Source of the DNA: Candidatus Poribacteria bacterium
GTDB lineage: Bacteria > Poribacteria > WGA-4E > JAJDTR01
NCBI GenBank assembly: GCA_965197465.1
Contig: OZ240209.1
Location: forward strand, 948,713-1,012,712
DNA length: 64,000 nt
Direction: 5' to 3'
Positions within the stretch are counted from its first letter, which is position 1. Every line of letters begins with the position of its first letter. Positions 62,655 through 64,000 of the stretch are shown piece by piece. The notes beneath the pieces are model-generated. The model made no database searches and was not told the DNA's origin. It saw only the letters and a list, made by a program, of their open reading frames with translations. The translations under genes and the position numbers were made by a program.

Positions 62655-63803
62655 TTACCCGGCAGCGGCTTTCTGAATCTCGTCATCCGACGCGCTCCAC
62701 TGCGCTTCTATCATCTTCAATCGGTGTGCATACAGTTCACGAGCGTTTTCAGCAAAAACTCGTTGCTTGAGTTCGGGGGGAATCCCAGGTAAGAGAGTTG
62801 CCGGATTATCCCAGTCCCAATGGGGATAATCGCTTGCATAGACAAGCACCTCGTCAGCATGCAGCCATTCGAGGAATTTCTTCAGATCGGCGCGAGTTGG
62901 CGGCTGTTCCATCGGTTGAGTGCCAAAACGGATGTGTTCTCGGATGTACTCGCTCGGCAGCCTCTTGACCCAAGGCGTGTAATCCCGCACCGACTTCCAA
63001 TCAGCATCCATGTGCCACATCAGCCCCGGCACCCAGAATGTGTCGTGCTCAACAAAGAGAAATTTCAAGCGCGGGAATTTTTCAAATACCCCCTCGCAGA
63101 TTAAACTGACAACATGAGCCATCGCAATCTGCGGCCGTGACATACGCATCTCAAGATAATAGGAGGGGTACCCGGCAGCGGTAGGAGCGTTGGACACTCC
63201 CGCTCCTTCGGCTCCAAAGTGCACGCATACAGGGAGTCCATGTTCTTGAGCCGCTTTGTAAATCGGGTGGTAAAATCGGTTGCCGAAAGGCATCCGAGCG
63301 CCCGCAGGCATAATCACTTCAAACACGCTGGGGTTGTCGCCCAACCTATGAATCTCCTCTGCCGCCTGATGCGGATCTGTTGGCGCAATCGCTATTGACG
63401 CCCTGAATCGTGGGTCCGCTTCAATCCATGTGCCCAATGTCCAATCGTTAAACGCACGGCACATTGCGGCCCCATAATCCGAATTGGGGTGCACCGCAGC
63501 GCCATAAACGGTAGCGCCGGTCAATACAGCAATATCTATCTCGTGTGCGTCGAGATGCTTCTGTTGAGTCTGTTCGATGTTCGTTTGCGGGTCTATATCC
63601 GCGCCTTCCCACAGTTCAGCACGCCGTCCCTTATGCGGCAAGTTAGTATAACCAACCCCGGGCATCATGGTGCCAAAGTCTTCGATGTACTCTACATAGT
63701 GCCCCGGTAGATAAGGATACAAGTCTTTGGCGCTTGAAACTTCATGGTGCACGTCACAGTCGATAATCTTGATAGCTGGATTGATACATTGCGGGTTTCT
63801 CAT
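62655..63803 (-). CDS. Amidohydrolase 2 family protein (ACMSD-like metal-dependent hydrolase/decarboxylase)
   Basis: 382-aa ORF. Motifs are IIDCDVHH, VCVHFG and the C-terminal YASDYPHWD. Confidence 0.8.
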   Translation of the reverse strand: MRNPQCINPAIKIIDCDVHHEVSSAKDLYPYLPGHYVEYIEDFGTMMPGVGYTNLPHKGRRAELWEGADIDPQTNIEQTQQKHLDAHEIDIAVLTGATVYGAAVHPNSDYGAAMCRAFNDWTLGTWIEADPRFRASIAIAPTDPHQAAEEIHRLGDNPSVFEVIMPAGARMPFGNRFYHPIYKAAQEHGLPVCVHFGAEGAGVSNAPTAAGYPSYYLEMRMSRPQIAMAHVVSLICEGVFEKFPRLKFLFVEHDTFWVPGLMWHMDADWKSVRDYTPWVKRLPSEYIREHIRFGTQPMEQPPTRADLKKFLEWLHADEVLVYASDYPHWDWDNPATLLPGIPPELKQRVFAENARELYAHRLKMIEAQWSASDDEIQKAAAG

Positions 63804-64000
63804 CCAAATCTCCTTCCACGTCTGTAGACTTGATTGAAATCTGGGCTGGATATGCTATTGTACCATTATGGACAGTCTTTGATCAAACCAATTCCTCGAG
63901 GTCGGATACAAGCATTTTATTAAGATTACAATCGTCGTAACAGACGTGAAGCAGCATCCGATGTTTTCTTTGACTAGCGATTTCTGTTGCGACTCCCATC

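Noticed and set aside
63886-63999. A 37-codon minus-strand ORF at the right edge (MGVATEIASQRKHRMLLHVCYDDCNLNKMLVSDLEELV)
   Set aside because: It may be the 3' end of a gene that starts beyond the window. The visible part is too short to assign or to confirm as coding.

Overview
This is a 64-kb chromosomal segment from what looks like an uncultivated heterotrophic bacterium. G+C is near 50% by eye. About 50 protein genes sit on both strands, and I saw no rRNA, tRNA or CRISPR array. The backbone is housekeeping: argD, recX-alaS, tmk-holB-metG, tatA, rtcB, msrP and a THUMP RNA methyltransferase. Accessory metabolism and transport genes include a Zn-ADH, SDR, FAH, PhyH, Gfo/Idh/MocA, ThuA, a ThDP enzyme, amidohydrolase plus Rieske, alkaline phosphatase, a peptide SBP, TolC and an MFS transporter. 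A cluster of secreted PD40/LamG proteins is also present.

Five things deserve a second look:
1. An AT-rich island (about 35.2-39.9 kb) encodes a 1430-aa protein with a Cap4/DUF4297-like nuclease, a STAND P-loop NTPase and TPR-like repeats. Its stop codon overlaps (ATGA) the start of a stand-alone PIN/VapC gene that has no separate antitoxin ORF.
2. A second AT-rich insert (about 60.3-62.5 kb) lies between an amidohydrolase and a Rieske gene. It carries a UPF0332/HEPN-like ORF with no canonical start codon, ATGA-coupled to an ORC/Cdc6-Arch_ATPase-like AAA+ protein.
3. Two tandem lipoprotein HMA-domain genes each have an in-frame TGA exactly at the first Cys of the GMTCxxC metal-binding motif. 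A conserved hairpin follows each TGA, so they are probable UxxC selenoproteins.
4. A conserved C-terminal motif (AV-x-P-x2-K-L-x-T-T-W-G-x-L-K, then 2-5 residues and stop) is shared by four neighbouring secreted proteins, with a weaker internal copy in a fifth protein elsewhere.
5. There is a family of GTAG-headed REP-like palindromes, a dispersed 36-39-nt sub-repeat, and three MITE-like elements with 14-bp terminal inverted repeats. Two of these elements overlap the TAG stop codon of the upstream gene.

All functional calls come from reading the supplied translations by eye. No database search, folding program or statistic was run.
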